64,000 nucleotides of DNA from positions 1 to 64,000 of the forward strand of contig CBDBKM010000002.1 in the NCBI GenBank assembly GCA_965206695.1, read 5' to 3'. This document shows, in pieces, positions 31,515 through 42,330 of the stretch. Each line of letters opens with the position of its first letter. Position 1 is the stretch's first letter. The stretch comes from Chlamydiales bacterium. GTDB taxonomy: Bacteria > Chlamydiota > Chlamydiia > Chlamydiales > JAAZZY01. A model generated the notes under the pieces. That model made no database searches. It saw only the letters and a program-made list of their open reading frames with translations, and was not told the origin of the DNA. A program made the position numbers and the translations under genes.

Positions 31515-33914
31515 TTAAGCTAGGATCAAGCTGCTAAATTTATTTAACACATACTGTGTAATTTTTTGATATTCTGCTTCGACTGTATCGAAAGATACGG
31601 TCTTTCTATCATCTCTGAAAACAAAGTGCAATGTTATATTTTTACGGTTCGGACCAATTTTACCACTACGATAGACTGTTTTTACAGAAACTCTCTGTAA
31701 AAGTCTAGAAGACATTTGGTTAATAATATTAATTATATCACCTACAGCTAATATCTCACTACAAGATACAGTCCAGTCTCGTTCAGACGATGGATATCGT
31801 GGTAAGGGATGTACTTTATAAGATATCTTTTTGATCCGGAAAAGATCATGAAGATTTATCTCAGAAAAATAGACTTTTTGAGAGATGTCTAGTTCTTTTA
31901 ATATTTTGGGATGAACCTCAGCCATAATCCCAATATTAAGGTCATCAACCATAATGGCTGCTTGTCTGCCGGGATGAAACTGAGGATGATTCTTATTGAG
32001 AACATCAAATGTTTCAATCCCCAATCCTTGTAAAATATTTTCAACGATTCCTTTTAAGTCGAAAAAATCAACTTCTTTTGCTTCTTCAGACCAATTTGAA
32101 GGTTTCTTTTGACCTGTTAAAATCAGGGCTAACATGCATTGTTCTTTAAACTGATTTTGTAATTTAAAATGGATTCGTCCAATCTCGAAACCGCTGATAT
32201 TATGGTTTTGACGGTCTAAATTATGTTTAATAGTTGTAAGAAGACCAAGTAATAAAGAAGTGCGTAATATGGAATGTTCGATGGAGGTAGGGTTCAATAC
32301 AGATATTACTGAATCATTATCTAACTCTTTTTCTAAAACTTTTTCAAGTAATAGAGGATTGACCAGATCACAAGTAATAAATTCTTGCAGACCTTCTTGA
32401 AGACAAAGCTGATGTGTTTTCCTTTCATATAAATAAATAGGAGAATGAGGTAAATCAGAAGTTGCGTAAGTCACTTTGGCTGATTCGATATTATCATAAC
32501 CATATATTCGGGCTACCTCTTCAATAAGATCGACCTCGATTTGAAGATCGTTACGGTATGTCGGTACTTCAATAGAAAAAAGATCCTGATTAAACTGTGT
32601 TTTAAAATTTAGGCGGTGGAAAATACCTTCAATTTCACTAACAGCTAATTGAATCCCTAATAATCGATTAATGCGACTATAACGACAAGTTATGACCTTA
32701 GGCAGAAAATCATGTTGTTTAATATCGATCGGGCCTTTGGCGATTTCCCCACCGGCTAGTTGTTGAATGAGCATCGTAGCTTTTTCTAAAGCTGTAATGA
32801 CATTATTGGGATCAATATGCCTTTCAAATCGTTTAGAAGCTTCAGTCTGTAAACTTAATTCCTTACTGGATTTCCTGATAAATTTGGGATTGAAGTAGGC
32901 TGATTCTAATAAAATATTTTGAGTTGATTGAGTGACTTCAGAATAAGCACCTCCCATAATACCGGCTATGGCAATAGGTTTTTTTCCGTCATAGATAAAA
33001 AGAGTGTTTGCTTTAACTAAACGTGTTTCTCCATCAAGAGTCGTAAAAGAAGTGTTCTCTTTAGAAGCTAAGACTTGGATCTTTTTTTGCTCAATCAGAT
33101 CATAATCAAAAGCATGAAGAGGTTGACCGTACTCAAAGAGAATGAGGTTTATAACATCAACGACATTATTTATAGGACGAATATTAAGAAGCTGTAGCTT
33201 GCGTTTTAGCCAGTCCGGAGAAGGAGCTACGGTTGCGCCTTTGATATGACGACAAGCATAACGAGGGCAAGCAGTAGGATCTTCGATATGAACGCTAATA
33301 AGATCATCAATCGTTGTATTCGGTTGCTCTTTTATTTCACAAATAGGCACGTGCAAGGGAGAATTAATAGAAGCGCTTAGTTCTCTTGCAATGCCGATAA
33401 CACTAAAACAATGACCTAGGTTGGGTGTTAAAGAGATATCAAAAACTTCATCGGAATAAACGTTCGATAAGTCTTGTCCTAGTTCAAGTTCTTCAGAAAG
33501 AATCATAATCCCATCTTCATTTCCAAAAAGATTTAATTCTTGTGAGGCACATAACATGCCAAAAGAATCCATTCCTCTTAACGAACTCTTTTTAATCTTT
33601 ATGATTTTTCCATCATAATTTAGAGAGGCGCCGACCTTAGCTAAAGGAGTATGAATCCCTTGTTTACAATTCACGGCTCCGCATATAACTTGATATTCTT
33701 CAACACCGTCTGTTACTTTTGCGATAACAAGTTTGTCGGCATTCGGATGTTGTTGAACATCAAGCACTTTGCACGCTACAACATCAGAAAAAGAAGGAGA
33801 AATTTGTTCAATTGCATCTACTTCTAATCCAATATATGTTAAAATGGTTGCAATTTCAATCGAAGAGAGATCGCATTTGATATATTCTTTTAGCCAACTT
33901 AAAGGAACACGCAT
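31515..33914 (-). CDS. pheT: Phenylalanine-tRNA ligase beta subunit
   Basis: MRVPLSWL, HPNADKL, GQPLHAFD and DLIEEVAR motifs. Confidence 0.97.
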   Translation of the reverse strand: MRVPLSWLKEYIKCDLSSIEIATILTYIGLEVDAIEQISPSFSDVVACKVLDVQQHPNADKLVIAKVTDGVEEYQVICGAVNCKQGIHTPLAKVGASLNYDGKIIKIKKSSLRGMDSFGMLCASQELNLFGNEDGIMILSEELELGQDLSNVYSDEVFDISLTPNLGHCFSVIGIARELSASINSPLHVPICEIKEQPNTTIDDLISVHIEDPTACPRYACRHIKGATVAPSPDWLKRKLQLLNIRPINNVVDVINLILFEYGQPLHAFDYDLIEQKKIQVLASKENTSFTTLDGETRLVKANTLFIYDGKKPIAIAGIMGGAYSEVTQSTQNILLESAYFNPKFIRKSSKELSLQTEASKRFERHIDPNNVITALEKATMLIQQLAGGEIAKGPIDIKQHDFLPKVITCRYSRINRLLGIQLAVSEIEGIFHRLNFKTQFNQDLFSIEVPTYRNDLQIEVDLIEEVARIYGYDNIESAKVTYATSDLPHSPIYLYERKTHQLCLQEGLQEFITCDLVNPLLLEKVLEKELDNDSVISVLNPTSIEHSILRTSLLLGLLTTIKHNLDRQNHNISGFEIGRIHFKLQNQFKEQCMLALILTGQKKPSNWSEEAKEVDFFDLKGIVENILQGLGIETFDVLNKNHPQFHPGRQAAIMVDDLNIGIMAEVHPKILKELDISQKVYFSEINLHDLFRIKKISYKVHPLPRYPSSERDWTVSCSEILAVGDIINIINQMSSRLLQRVSVKTVYRSGKIGPNRKNITLHFVFRDDRKTVSFDTVEAEYQKITQYVLNKFSSLILA

Positions 33915-34133
33915 AAAATCTTAATTTTATTTTATATAAACAGATAACTTAACGCTTTATACCAAAATAGATCTATTGCAGAAAAGGTAAAACTGAATAT
34001 ATTTTTTTATTGATTGTGATTTTTTTATCGTGTTATTCCTGAAATTTAGATCTTAAAATGGATTGGAATCTACAAGTGCACAATTTCAAAATGATCATCT
34101 TAATTGGGATTGATTACTATTTAAGGAGTATAA

Positions 34134-35411
34134 ATGACTTTATCTAATCAGCCCTTTTCTGAGGAGCGGGAAGAAGAAATTGTAAATCCAACAAATCGAT
34201 GGATGGGGCGAGCAAAATGGTTGACACATGCTTTATTATTTAGTGGGGCATTGAATATTGGTTTAGTTGCTACTTTCGTCTATTTTGTTTTGCAAGAAAA
34301 ATCAGAATCTCAAGAATATGCACTAGAACCTCTTGAAGAACCCCAAGAGTCATCCCCTGAAATTTCAATCGATACACGATCAAATAGGGAAGTACTTAAC
34401 GAACTTAGTACTCTAAACTCAGATACCCTTATTGTAAAATTGAATAGCACCCAATTAGTTGAAGATGGATTTTATGAAAGAGATTTAGCATTAGCTTATT
34501 TAGTTGCCTTTTATGATTTTGATTTGCAAAGAGCTCTTTTAACTCTGCCGATTCAAAAAAGACAGTTCTCTTTTAGCTCACCTTATTTACCTGCAAAATC
34601 ACATATTACTGTTTATTCCGGTTTGACAGATACAGAATATGAGAGAATTATATATTTTGCTAAGACAGAGCAATGGCCTTATACCTCTAGAGGATTATTT
34701 AAACGTCTTCAATCTCTTGGAATGGATACGGATCATAAATTATGTGAGGCTTTTTATCTTACCTCTGATTTTATGCTTATAGAAGCTTTATTTAGCCGAG
34801 CCGATATTACGGTTTTTCGGAAAGAATTATTAGAACTTGTTCTTGAAGGCAGTTGGCATGATTTTTCTATCTTTGTGGACGATCAAAGAAAAGCTCAAGA
34901 TTTGTCTCTATCAAGAAGAATTCGATTTTTGTTAGATTATATTTATTCGGGCTCTCAAAAAGCTGCTTACCTTTTGTTAAAGGTAGATCCTATATTTGCT
35001 TTAAAAAAATTAGATGATAATCAAGTACTAACGATTTTACGTCTGTTAACATCAAAGACAGAAATCTCTAAAGAATTTGCTCTTAATATTTTAAAAAGTA
35101 ATCGAAGTGATAATATTTTAAACCAGGCCTCATATCTACTTTACCTATATGAAGGAGAAATTTTAGACTCGTATGATCATCAGTTGGCATTAAGACGTTT
35201 TCAGAAACCAAACTCCAAAAAGCTATCCACAAACCATATTACGATCCCACCGAAAGCCTCAATGGGAGATCAAAAAGTTTATACTATTCAGAAAGGAGAT
35301 ACTTTGTGGAAAATTGCCCGCAATCATGATGTTGAAGTAGCTGCTCTAAAACAAAAGAATCATTTGGAGTCAGATATTATCCACATTGGACAGATAATAC
35401 AGATTCCTTAA
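34134..35411 (+). CDS. Chlamydial membrane-anchored LysM-domain protein
   Basis: N-terminal TM (SGALNIGL); C-terminal YTIQKGDTLWKIAR LysM domain. Confidence 0.88.
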   Translation: MTLSNQPFSEEREEEIVNPTNRWMGRAKWLTHALLFSGALNIGLVATFVYFVLQEKSESQEYALEPLEEPQESSPEISIDTRSNREVLNELSTLNSDTLIVKLNSTQLVEDGFYERDLALAYLVAFYDFDLQRALLTLPIQKRQFSFSSPYLPAKSHITVYSGLTDTEYERIIYFAKTEQWPYTSRGLFKRLQSLGMDTDHKLCEAFYLTSDFMLIEALFSRADITVFRKELLELVLEGSWHDFSIFVDDQRKAQDLSLSRRIRFLLDYIYSGSQKAAYLLLKVDPIFALKKLDDNQVLTILRLLTSKTEISKEFALNILKSNRSDNILNQASYLLYLYEGEILDSYDHQLALRRFQKPNSKKLSTNHITIPPKASMGDQKVYTIQKGDTLWKIARNHDVEVAALKQKNHLESDIIHIGQIIQIP

Positions 35412-35617
35412 GGGACAGGATCATGGCCACCTCCATTCCGGGGATGGCATTTAAAAAGACGTTTAATTGTCAGCCATGATCCTTTCATAACCCCATGTTT
35501 TTCGTATGCCTCTTTAGCATAGTTGGAGCAACTAGGATAAAAACGGCAACAATTTCCCAAAAATGGACTTAAGGTCCATTGATATAGTTTAATAAAGAAA
35601 ATCAATATATATTTCAT
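35408..35617 (-). CDS. yidD: Membrane protein insertion efficiency factor
   Basis: CRFYPSCSNY..RLFKCHP..GGHDPVP. Confidence 0.93.
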   Translation of the reverse strand: MKYILIFFIKLYQWTLSPFLGNCCRFYPSCSNYAKEAYEKHGVMKGSWLTIKRLFKCHPRNGGGHDPVP

Positions 35618-35819
35618 CTATCCCTAAGCAAATGTTCTTATTGTACGATTTCATTTTGTAAAAGTTTAGCATAAACTTTCTTCTATTCGTCTTAAAATTG
35701 CAAAAAATCCGCATCCTAATCCTGTGTCGGCATGATCAATTGAAGCACGGCCGACAAGAGATGATGAAGATCCGACTAATACTGCCGGGGCTTTACTTTT
35801 AGTAGTACTACAATCTTAT

Positions 35820-35866
35820 GACAATCAAGCGAGAAAACCCTTTCCTTTAGGGTTGGGAGCTGTCAA
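35820..35866 (+). mobile_element. 47-bp fused IS605 left/right end
   Basis: TTAT | gacaatcaagcgagaaaaccctttcctttagggttgggagctgTCAA. Confidence 0.8.
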
Positions 35867-35993
35867 CTCTAACATCTTATCCAAAATAGCTTTAATACCA
35901 CCGGTTTGTCTACTAATCGTTTGGATCCAAGCGATTGGTCAGTTGTTAACTCACAAAAAGGACAGGTGTTATCTCAGAATATTAAGTTAAGAA

Positions 35994-36018
35994 GATAGAC
36001 GCACAAAAGTGCGTCTAT
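35994..36018 (-). terminator. Terminator hairpin after rpsD
   Basis: atagacgcac-aaaa-gtgcgtctat. Confidence 0.7.
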
Positions 36019-36025
36019 TATTATT

Positions 36026-36643
36026 TTACTTAGTATGTGCTAAGAAGTCACAAATAACAGCTGTGTTAATTGGAATAGGTAATGATATCTGATCCGGATG
36101 CGGGAATACTTCAATTTGACCGGAATAATTCTTTTCATCAATGCTACAATACTCAGGAATTGTTATATGAGTATTTTGTCTAGCTGTCAGAACAATAGGA
36201 ATATTCCTAGACTTTTCCTTAACGGATACAACCATTTCGGGTCGAACTTGGAAAGATCGTCGATCAACTTTTTCCCCATTTACAAGGATATGTCCATGTG
36301 AAACGAGTTGATGTGCTGCAAATATTGTTGGTGCTAACTTTAAACGATATACGATGTTATCTAATCGACATTCAAGTAGCTCTAATAGTTTCTGAGCGAC
36401 ATTTCCTTTTTTTACGGCATGCTTATAGTAGATTACCAGCTGTTTTTCAGTTATCATACCGTAAACGGCTTTAAGCTTTTGTTTCTCTTCTAATTGCATC
36501 CCATAGTCAGATTTCTTACGGCGTCTAGCCCCATGCATGCCCGGAGGATTTTGCTTATGAATCAGCGGGTTGCGTGCCCTGCCAAAAATGTTTGCACCAA
36601 ATTTTCTTGCTATACGGTTTTTTGGGCCCCTGTATCGAGACAT
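36026..36643 (-). CDS. rpsD: 30S ribosomal protein S4
   Basis: [20 protein letters not shown] and LECRLDN motifs; true start 36643. Confidence 0.97.
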   Translation of the reverse strand: MSRYRGPKNRIARKFGANIFGRARNPLIHKQNPPGMHGARRRKKSDYGMQLEEKQKLKAVYGMITEKQLVIYYKHAVKKGNVAQKLLELLECRLDNIVYRLKLAPTIFAAHQLVSHGHILVNGEKVDRRSFQVRPEMVVSVKEKSRNIPIVLTARQNTHITIPEYCSIDEKNYSGQIEVFPHPDQISLPIPINTAVICDFLAHTK

Positions 36644-36847
36644 GTAATCTCCTAAAAATTGATTATCATTTACTTTTTTTAAATAATAGCGATCGCAAAA
36701 GGTTACAACGAAAGCAGCTTTTAAAACAAGTATAAGTTCGGTTTTTTGTTTAAAAATTTCTTTAATCGTTTTCAATAAGATAATTTTACGCTATACTTTC
36801 TCTCAATTTGATAATTAATCTCAAGTATTTAAAAAAGAAGATGTCAA

Positions 36848-37837
36848 ATGAGGAGGAAAGTAATGACAATGGTTAAAACCAATTATTTAGTATTATCTTA
36901 CTACTATTTCACACCTATTGATCAACCTGAAGTAGAGCTAAATAGCCATAAAAATTTTGTTAAAAACAGGGATGTTTCGGGAAGAATTTATATTTCATCA
37001 GAAGGTATTAATGGTCAAATGAGTGGTTCATCAAAGGATTGCCGGGAATATATGGATTGGATGAATCAACATCCTTTATTTGCATCTATGGATTTTCGTA
37101 TTACTAAACATTCGGAAAATATTTTCCCTAAAATGACAGTTAAAATTCGTGATCAATTAGTTGCTTTAGATAGAAAAATCGATTTTAAAAATCGAGGAAA
37201 ATATCTTACTCCTAAAGAGTGGAAAGAAGCTTTAGAAAGTGATGCGGATCATTTACTGATAGATGTAAGAAATGATTATGAATGGGAAATTGGTCATTTT
37301 GATAAGGCCGAATTACCTCGCTATAAAACATTTCGTGAATTTAATGATTATGTAAAACAACTGAAGAAAAAGCCCAAGGCTGAAAAGCAAAAGATAATGA
37401 TGTATTGTACCGGTGGCATTCGCTGTGAATTATATTCGTCCTTCTTAAAAGAAAAGGGTTTTGAAGATGTTTATCAACTACAAGGCGGCGTTATTAATTA
37501 TGGCCTGAATGAAGGCAATAAACATTGGTTGGGCAACCTGTTTGTATTTGATGATCGATTGAGTGTCCCTATTTGTGAAGAAAAGGGTACTACTATTGGC
37601 CACTGTCATCACTGTCAGACATCCAATGATGACTATTTTAATTGTGCAAACATGGATTGTAATGAACTGTTTTTATGTTGCGGCGATTGCTTAGAAAAAT
37701 ATCAGGGATGTTGTCAGAAATCGTGTATGACAGCCAAAAGGGTTAGACCTTTTGATCAGGTTTTAAATAAACCGTTTAGGAAGTGGTATCATTATTATCA
37801 AAGTAAAGACGTTAAAAGCGCATCAAAGAGGGATTAA
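36848..37837 (+). CDS. trhO: Rhodanese-domain tRNA hydroxylase (TrhO/YceA)
   Basis: EGING, DVRNDYEWEIGHF, YCTGGIRCE and FVFDDR motifs. Confidence 0.92.
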   Translation: MRRKVMTMVKTNYLVLSYYYFTPIDQPEVELNSHKNFVKNRDVSGRIYISSEGINGQMSGSSKDCREYMDWMNQHPLFASMDFRITKHSENIFPKMTVKIRDQLVALDRKIDFKNRGKYLTPKEWKEALESDADHLLIDVRNDYEWEIGHFDKAELPRYKTFREFNDYVKQLKKKPKAEKQKIMMYCTGGIRCELYSSFLKEKGFEDVYQLQGGVINYGLNEGNKHWLGNLFVFDDRLSVPICEEKGTTIGHCHHCQTSNDDYFNCANMDCNELFLCCGDCLEKYQGCCQKSCMTAKRVRPFDQVLNKPFRKWYHYYQSKDVKSASKRD

Positions 37838-38089
37838 ACTCTTTTTAAGGGTATCAATAAGATGCAGAACCAGTTTGACATCATGTTTGAAAAGAGCCAT
37901 ATAATTACCATTTTTGATGTCATCTTTCATTAGTTTGATTGTTTGATAAAATAAGTACAAGGGATTAGTTGGATCAATTTGACCTAAGTCTTGGCCTCCC
38001 GGTTCTGTTGAAGTACTTGCTTTATTAAGACTACCGGCAATAAAATTTTTAAGCCGGCTATTTGAAATTGCAGAAGCGTGAATTGTCAT
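37823..38089 (-). CDS. Small hypothetical protein
   Basis: GGAG RBS before ATG at 38089. Confidence 0.55.
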   Translation of the reverse strand: MTIHASAISNSRLKNFIAGSLNKASTSTEPGGQDLGQIDPTNPLYLFYQTIKLMKDDIKNGNYMALFKHDVKLVLHLIDTLKKSLIPL

Positions 38090-38235
38090 TATAATCTCCA
38101 TTAAAGATATTGGAGTTTAAGGGCTACTATTATATAATAGTATCATATTTATTATTTTAATTCAAGTATTTGTTAATCGAGCGTAAGGCTTCTAATGTAA
38201 AAAGCTTTTAGCTTAAGTGATTTACTTTAAGTAGG

Positions 38236-40911
38236 TTGTATTTTATGGTGGATTTTGGTTTTGAATTAGTAGAGGATTTTAATTTAAAAAATCCCTTTTT
38301 AAAAATCCGAATTCAAGAAATTAGAGCAAACGGGACAGGAAAACCCATAGCTAAATCGAAGCATATTTATCAAGAAGATCTCTTAGGTTCTTTTAAGAAT
38401 GGAGCAAAACAGGTTATTACTATCCTTATCAAGGAAGAAATTGCTATTCTCCGTCTGAAAGGCATTTTTGAACAGATAGACACCCATCCTTTGAATCAAA
38501 TTCGCCTTCGTAAAAAGAATGCATATTCTATATTTGTAGAGCTAATAGGCTTAAATTCGCTCTATTTTCGCTCAAAACCTCTTAAAATGGAAAAACAACC
38601 ATTAACTCTTCTATGTAACATAATCAAGAGATCCGATGAGCTTTATGATTGTATGGTCACATTCAAGCTCCAAAAGGCTATTTATCATCTATCCGAAACG
38701 GATGTTATGGTAAAAGCGGGTGGTAATTGGTTAATTAAAGATAATATTTTTTGTACCTTAGATGAAGAATTGCCTTTTTCATGGCTGGAGAAGATAAGGG
38801 AACGCAAGCAAGTCATAATCTCTTCAAAAGAAAGAGAAGAAATTACCTTATTATTTGATAGTCCTTTAGTACAAATTAAAGAAGAGACTCAAATCACAAC
38901 TCAAGAAATTTTTCCTATCCTACAGTTCAAAGATTTTAGAGGAGCCTTTGCTAATCTTTTATTTGATTATGGACAAGGTAACATCGTATCCGGAAATGCC
39001 GTTACAAAAGATATTATTCGTGATGACAATCAAGAAAAAGCGTTTGAAGATGATTTAATAGAAGCCGGGTATCAAGCAAAAAACTTAGGCTCTTCTCATT
39101 ATTATTGTTCTATTGATCAAATTCCCATAACGCTCCGGCTACTATTAGAATTGGGCTGGACGATTCTGAATATAGAAGCCAAGGAGGTTATATTTCATGA
39201 CTCTATTGAAGCTTCTTTAAGTCGAGATAATGAAATGCTTTCTTTAAGTGGAAGAATTTATTACGGCTCTCAGCTAGTGCCTCTTGCTCAAATATGTCTT
39301 GCTTATCAAGAAAATCACGAGTTGTTGCCTCTTGAAGGTAATCAAGTTGCGTTATTGCCAAAAGCTTGGGTAAAAAAAGAGATCGGACCTTATTTTGATC
39401 AAATAATTATAGAGAACGAATCGGTGCAGATTCCTCTTAATAGGATCTCTTCATTAGACTCTTTAATTCAATCGAATAATCACTTTGAAATCAAGGAAGA
39501 GGTAAAGGAGATTCTTATCGGATTAAAACAAGAAGGTGATCTGTTAGTTCAGCTCCCCGGTTCGAATTTCTTAGGTGATTTAAGGATTTATCAGCAACAA
39601 GGTGTTGATTGGTTATCTTTTCTCTATCGTTATGGATTTCATGGCATTTTAGCAGACGATATGGGACTGGGCAAGACAGTGCAGGTCTTGGCTTTTCTTT
39701 CTACAATTGAATATAAAAAACCTACATTGATTATTGTTCCCACTACTTTGCTCTATAACTGGCAAAGGGAATGTATTCGTTTCTTAAATATAGAACCCTA
39801 TATTCATCACGGTAGTGACCGTATGAAAGATAGAGCATACCTTTTACAAGAGAGAGTGATCATAACTTCTTATGCTTTAATCCGAATAGATAATGAGCTT
39901 TTTTCTCAAATCGATTTTCAATGTATTTTTTTAGACGAAGCGCAAATGATAAAGAATGCGTATTCAAAAATTGCTCGTGTCATTTATGGCTTAACATCTC
40001 AATTCCGTTTGAGTATTACAGGTACGCCTATAGAGAATCGTATTGAAGAATTAGTCTCTCAATTTCATTTTTTATTTCCTTCGCTAATACCATTCAAAGC
40101 TAGAGGACAATATACCCAAAAAGATATCCCATGGGTTAAAAAAAGAACTTCTTCTTTTCTTCTTAGAAGAACAAAGGATCAGGTCGCAAAAGATTTACCT
40201 GAAAAGATTGAACAGGTTGTTTGGATTAAAATGCATGAAGAGCAAGAGCAACTATATCATGACACATTAGATCGTTTTCGAAACAAATTGTTAATTAAAA
40301 CGGAAAGCACAGTTAAAAAGTTTGAAATTTTTGAGACTTTATTGCGCTTAAGGCAAATTTGTTGTCATCCAAAACTCTACGATAAAGGTAAGCAAGAGTA
40401 TAAAAGCAGTAAATTTGATGCTCTTTTTGAAGATCTAAGAACTATTATTGAAGAAGGGAACAAGGTGTTAATTTATAGTCAATTTACATCCATGCTTCAT
40501 CTGATTAAAAAACAGGTGATTGATTATGGATGGGCGCATTGTTATTTAGACGGACAAACTAAAGATCGTCAGAAAGAAGTCGAACGATTTCAATCAGAGA
40601 AATCAACCCAAATATTTTTGATTAGCCTTAAAGCCGGTGGAGTAGGTTTGAATTTAACCGAGGCTGATTATGTACTGATTTATGATCCTTGGTGGAATGT
40701 TGCATTAGAGGACCAAGCCATTAATCGAGCACACCGTATAGGAAGAAAGAATAAGGTTATTGCTAAACGATATTTATGTTTAGAAAGCGTTGAAGAAAAA
40801 ATAATGGAATTGAAAAAAAATAAATATTCTCTTGTTCAAGAACTTATTGATGAAACGAAAGATGATTTTAGCGTTCCTTATGATGATATTTTAGATCTTT
40901 TTTCTTTATAA
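38236..40911 (+). CDS. SNF2/SWI2-family helicase-like ATPase
   Basis: LADDMGLGKT, DEAQ, TGTPIEN, SLKAGGVGLNL, DPWWN and RAHRIG motifs. Confidence 0.95.
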   Translation: MYFMVDFGFELVEDFNLKNPFLKIRIQEIRANGTGKPIAKSKHIYQEDLLGSFKNGAKQVITILIKEEIAILRLKGIFEQIDTHPLNQIRLRKKNAYSIFVELIGLNSLYFRSKPLKMEKQPLTLLCNIIKRSDELYDCMVTFKLQKAIYHLSETDVMVKAGGNWLIKDNIFCTLDEELPFSWLEKIRERKQVIISSKEREEITLLFDSPLVQIKEETQITTQEIFPILQFKDFRGAFANLLFDYGQGNIVSGNAVTKDIIRDDNQEKAFEDDLIEAGYQAKNLGSSHYYCSIDQIPITLRLLLELGWTILNIEAKEVIFHDSIEASLSRDNEMLSLSGRIYYGSQLVPLAQICLAYQENHELLPLEGNQVALLPKAWVKKEIGPYFDQIIIENESVQIPLNRISSLDSLIQSNNHFEIKEEVKEILIGLKQEGDLLVQLPGSNFLGDLRIYQQQGVDWLSFLYRYGFHGILADDMGLGKTVQVLAFLSTIEYKKPTLIIVPTTLLYNWQRECIRFLNIEPYIHHGSDRMKDRAYLLQERVIITSYALIRIDNELFSQIDFQCIFLDEAQMIKNAYSKIARVIYGLTSQFRLSITGTPIENRIEELVSQFHFLFPSLIPFKARGQYTQKDIPWVKKRTSSFLLRRTKDQVAKDLPEKIEQVVWIKMHEEQEQLYHDTLDRFRNKLLIKTESTVKKFEIFETLLRLRQICCHPKLYDKGKQEYKSSKFDALFEDLRTIIEEGNKVLIYSQFTSMLHLIKKQVIDYGWAHCYLDGQTKDRQKEVERFQSEKSTQIFLISLKAGGVGLNLTEADYVLIYDPWWNVALEDQAINRAHRIGRKNKVIAKRYLCLESVEEKIMELKKNKYSLVQELIDETKDDFSVPYDDILDLFSL

Positions 40912-40994
40912 TTTAAATTTGTTTTAAATCTTTTTTTATGTAATACCCAAAAAAAAGAATTAGCTTTTCGAGTGAATAAAAGGAGGAAGTTAAC

Positions 40995-41684
40995 ATGGGA
41001 ACTATTTCGAAGTATTTTTTACCCTGCTTAATTGTTACCGGTCTTTGCGTCATACTGACCTCTTGTAAAAATATGACTCAAACGCATGACCGGAATTCTA
41101 AGAAAGATCAGATTTCCAATAAGGAATATACAGAACACGTTGTTTATCCCCAATCTACTGAAAAGACCGATGTTAAAGGATACATAAAAAGGGTTGTTCC
41201 TAGTGAAGGAAAAGAAGATCAAGACGATTCTTCTAGAAGAACGGATAAACCAAGTCATTATGATTCAGCTGATGACGCCCGAAATAGGTCTTATTATCAG
41301 GAGCACTCAAGAGGGAAATCCGAAGATAGTACCGGTAGATCTTCCGGAAGATCAGCTCAAAACTCATATGATAAAAAAGATGAGTATTCCGAGAGATCCG
41401 ATTATTATGATAAGCCTACCAGAAGAACAGGGCAAGGCACTTCCGGTAAGTATGGAGATAAGCCGGATTTTAAGGAAACAACTCAAAACCGGCAACCGCC
41501 AAATTATTATCGACAGCATCAACAAAAGAGAAGTTCTTCTAATAATGTCCCGGCCCCGACCCGGAGCTATTATGACTCTGTAAAAAAACGAAAGTCCGGC
41601 TATTCAAATTTTGTAAGAAGTCCGAGAAAAAATGATTATAGTGGGAAAGGTTCCCAAGCCTCATCAACAAATAATAATCGTTAA
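40995..41684 (+). CDS. Disordered S/R/Y/D-rich lipoprotein
   Basis: Lipobox LTSC; strong AGGAGG RBS. Confidence 0.7.
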   Translation: MGTISKYFLPCLIVTGLCVILTSCKNMTQTHDRNSKKDQISNKEYTEHVVYPQSTEKTDVKGYIKRVVPSEGKEDQDDSSRRTDKPSHYDSADDARNRSYYQEHSRGKSEDSTGRSSGRSAQNSYDKKDEYSERSDYYDKPTRRTGQGTSGKYGDKPDFKETTQNRQPPNYYRQHQQKRSSSNNVPAPTRSYYDSVKKRKSGYSNFVRSPRKNDYSGKGSQASSTNNNR

Positions 41685-42330
41685 TGATAATTGATCGGGA
41701 CTAACTTCTGAAAACGCTAAGCCCGAACACCTAACACTATTAACTTGGATAAAGGCTTTATAATAATTCCTTAATACATTCGTGACGAAACATCTATTAC
41801 CTCAAATTTTTCCCAAAATAAAATAACAAAATTCAAATAAAAGTTGTAATGTGCGAAACTCCTGAATATATCTCATTTGTTAACAGTGCCATATAAGATA
41901 GCTATTTCGATAAGGCTACTGTTGTCATCCAAATAAGAGGATTAGGAACAACTTAAACCCTAAATATTAAATATAGGTAAACTATCCCAGATATAGATCC
42001 CACTATTTGGTAAAAAAACGGGTTTTTCCTGTTACAACGACTTGTTTGCGAATCAAATTCTTCTTAAGTAACTAATAATCAAATATTAGAAGATATATTA
42101 AAAAATGTTTTAAATAAAATAATTCAAGTAATTAACCTAAAAAAGGCAAATTTATTAAAATTTTATGTTTAAAAAAACTTTTCTCGATAAAGCCAACAAA
42201 TCGCATAACTTTTTAATCATCTGTAAGTTAATTATATTCAAATAGATATAAGATTTTTTAAGTTTATTTATAAATTATAAATATTTATAATTTATACTTT
42301 GTTTTATTAATACAAAGTTATTAGGTATTT

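Noticed and set aside
35620..35990. rnpA or another gene upstream of yidD
   Set aside because: No RnpA motif and only short broken frames; unassignable.
36644..36775. N-terminal extensions of rpsD (also cydA 58147-58200, ytgB 6384-6425, folP 58248-58274)
   Set aside because: Upstream alternative starts from the ORF caller; family homology begins at the downstream ATG.
38236..40911. SNF2 helicase as part of a defence system
   Set aside because: No adjacent MTase, nuclease or other defence partners; standalone SNF2 proteins are usual in Chlamydiae.
41690..42070. Possible membrane-protein pseudogene on the minus strand
   Set aside because: Hydrophobic fragments only; cannot be supported.
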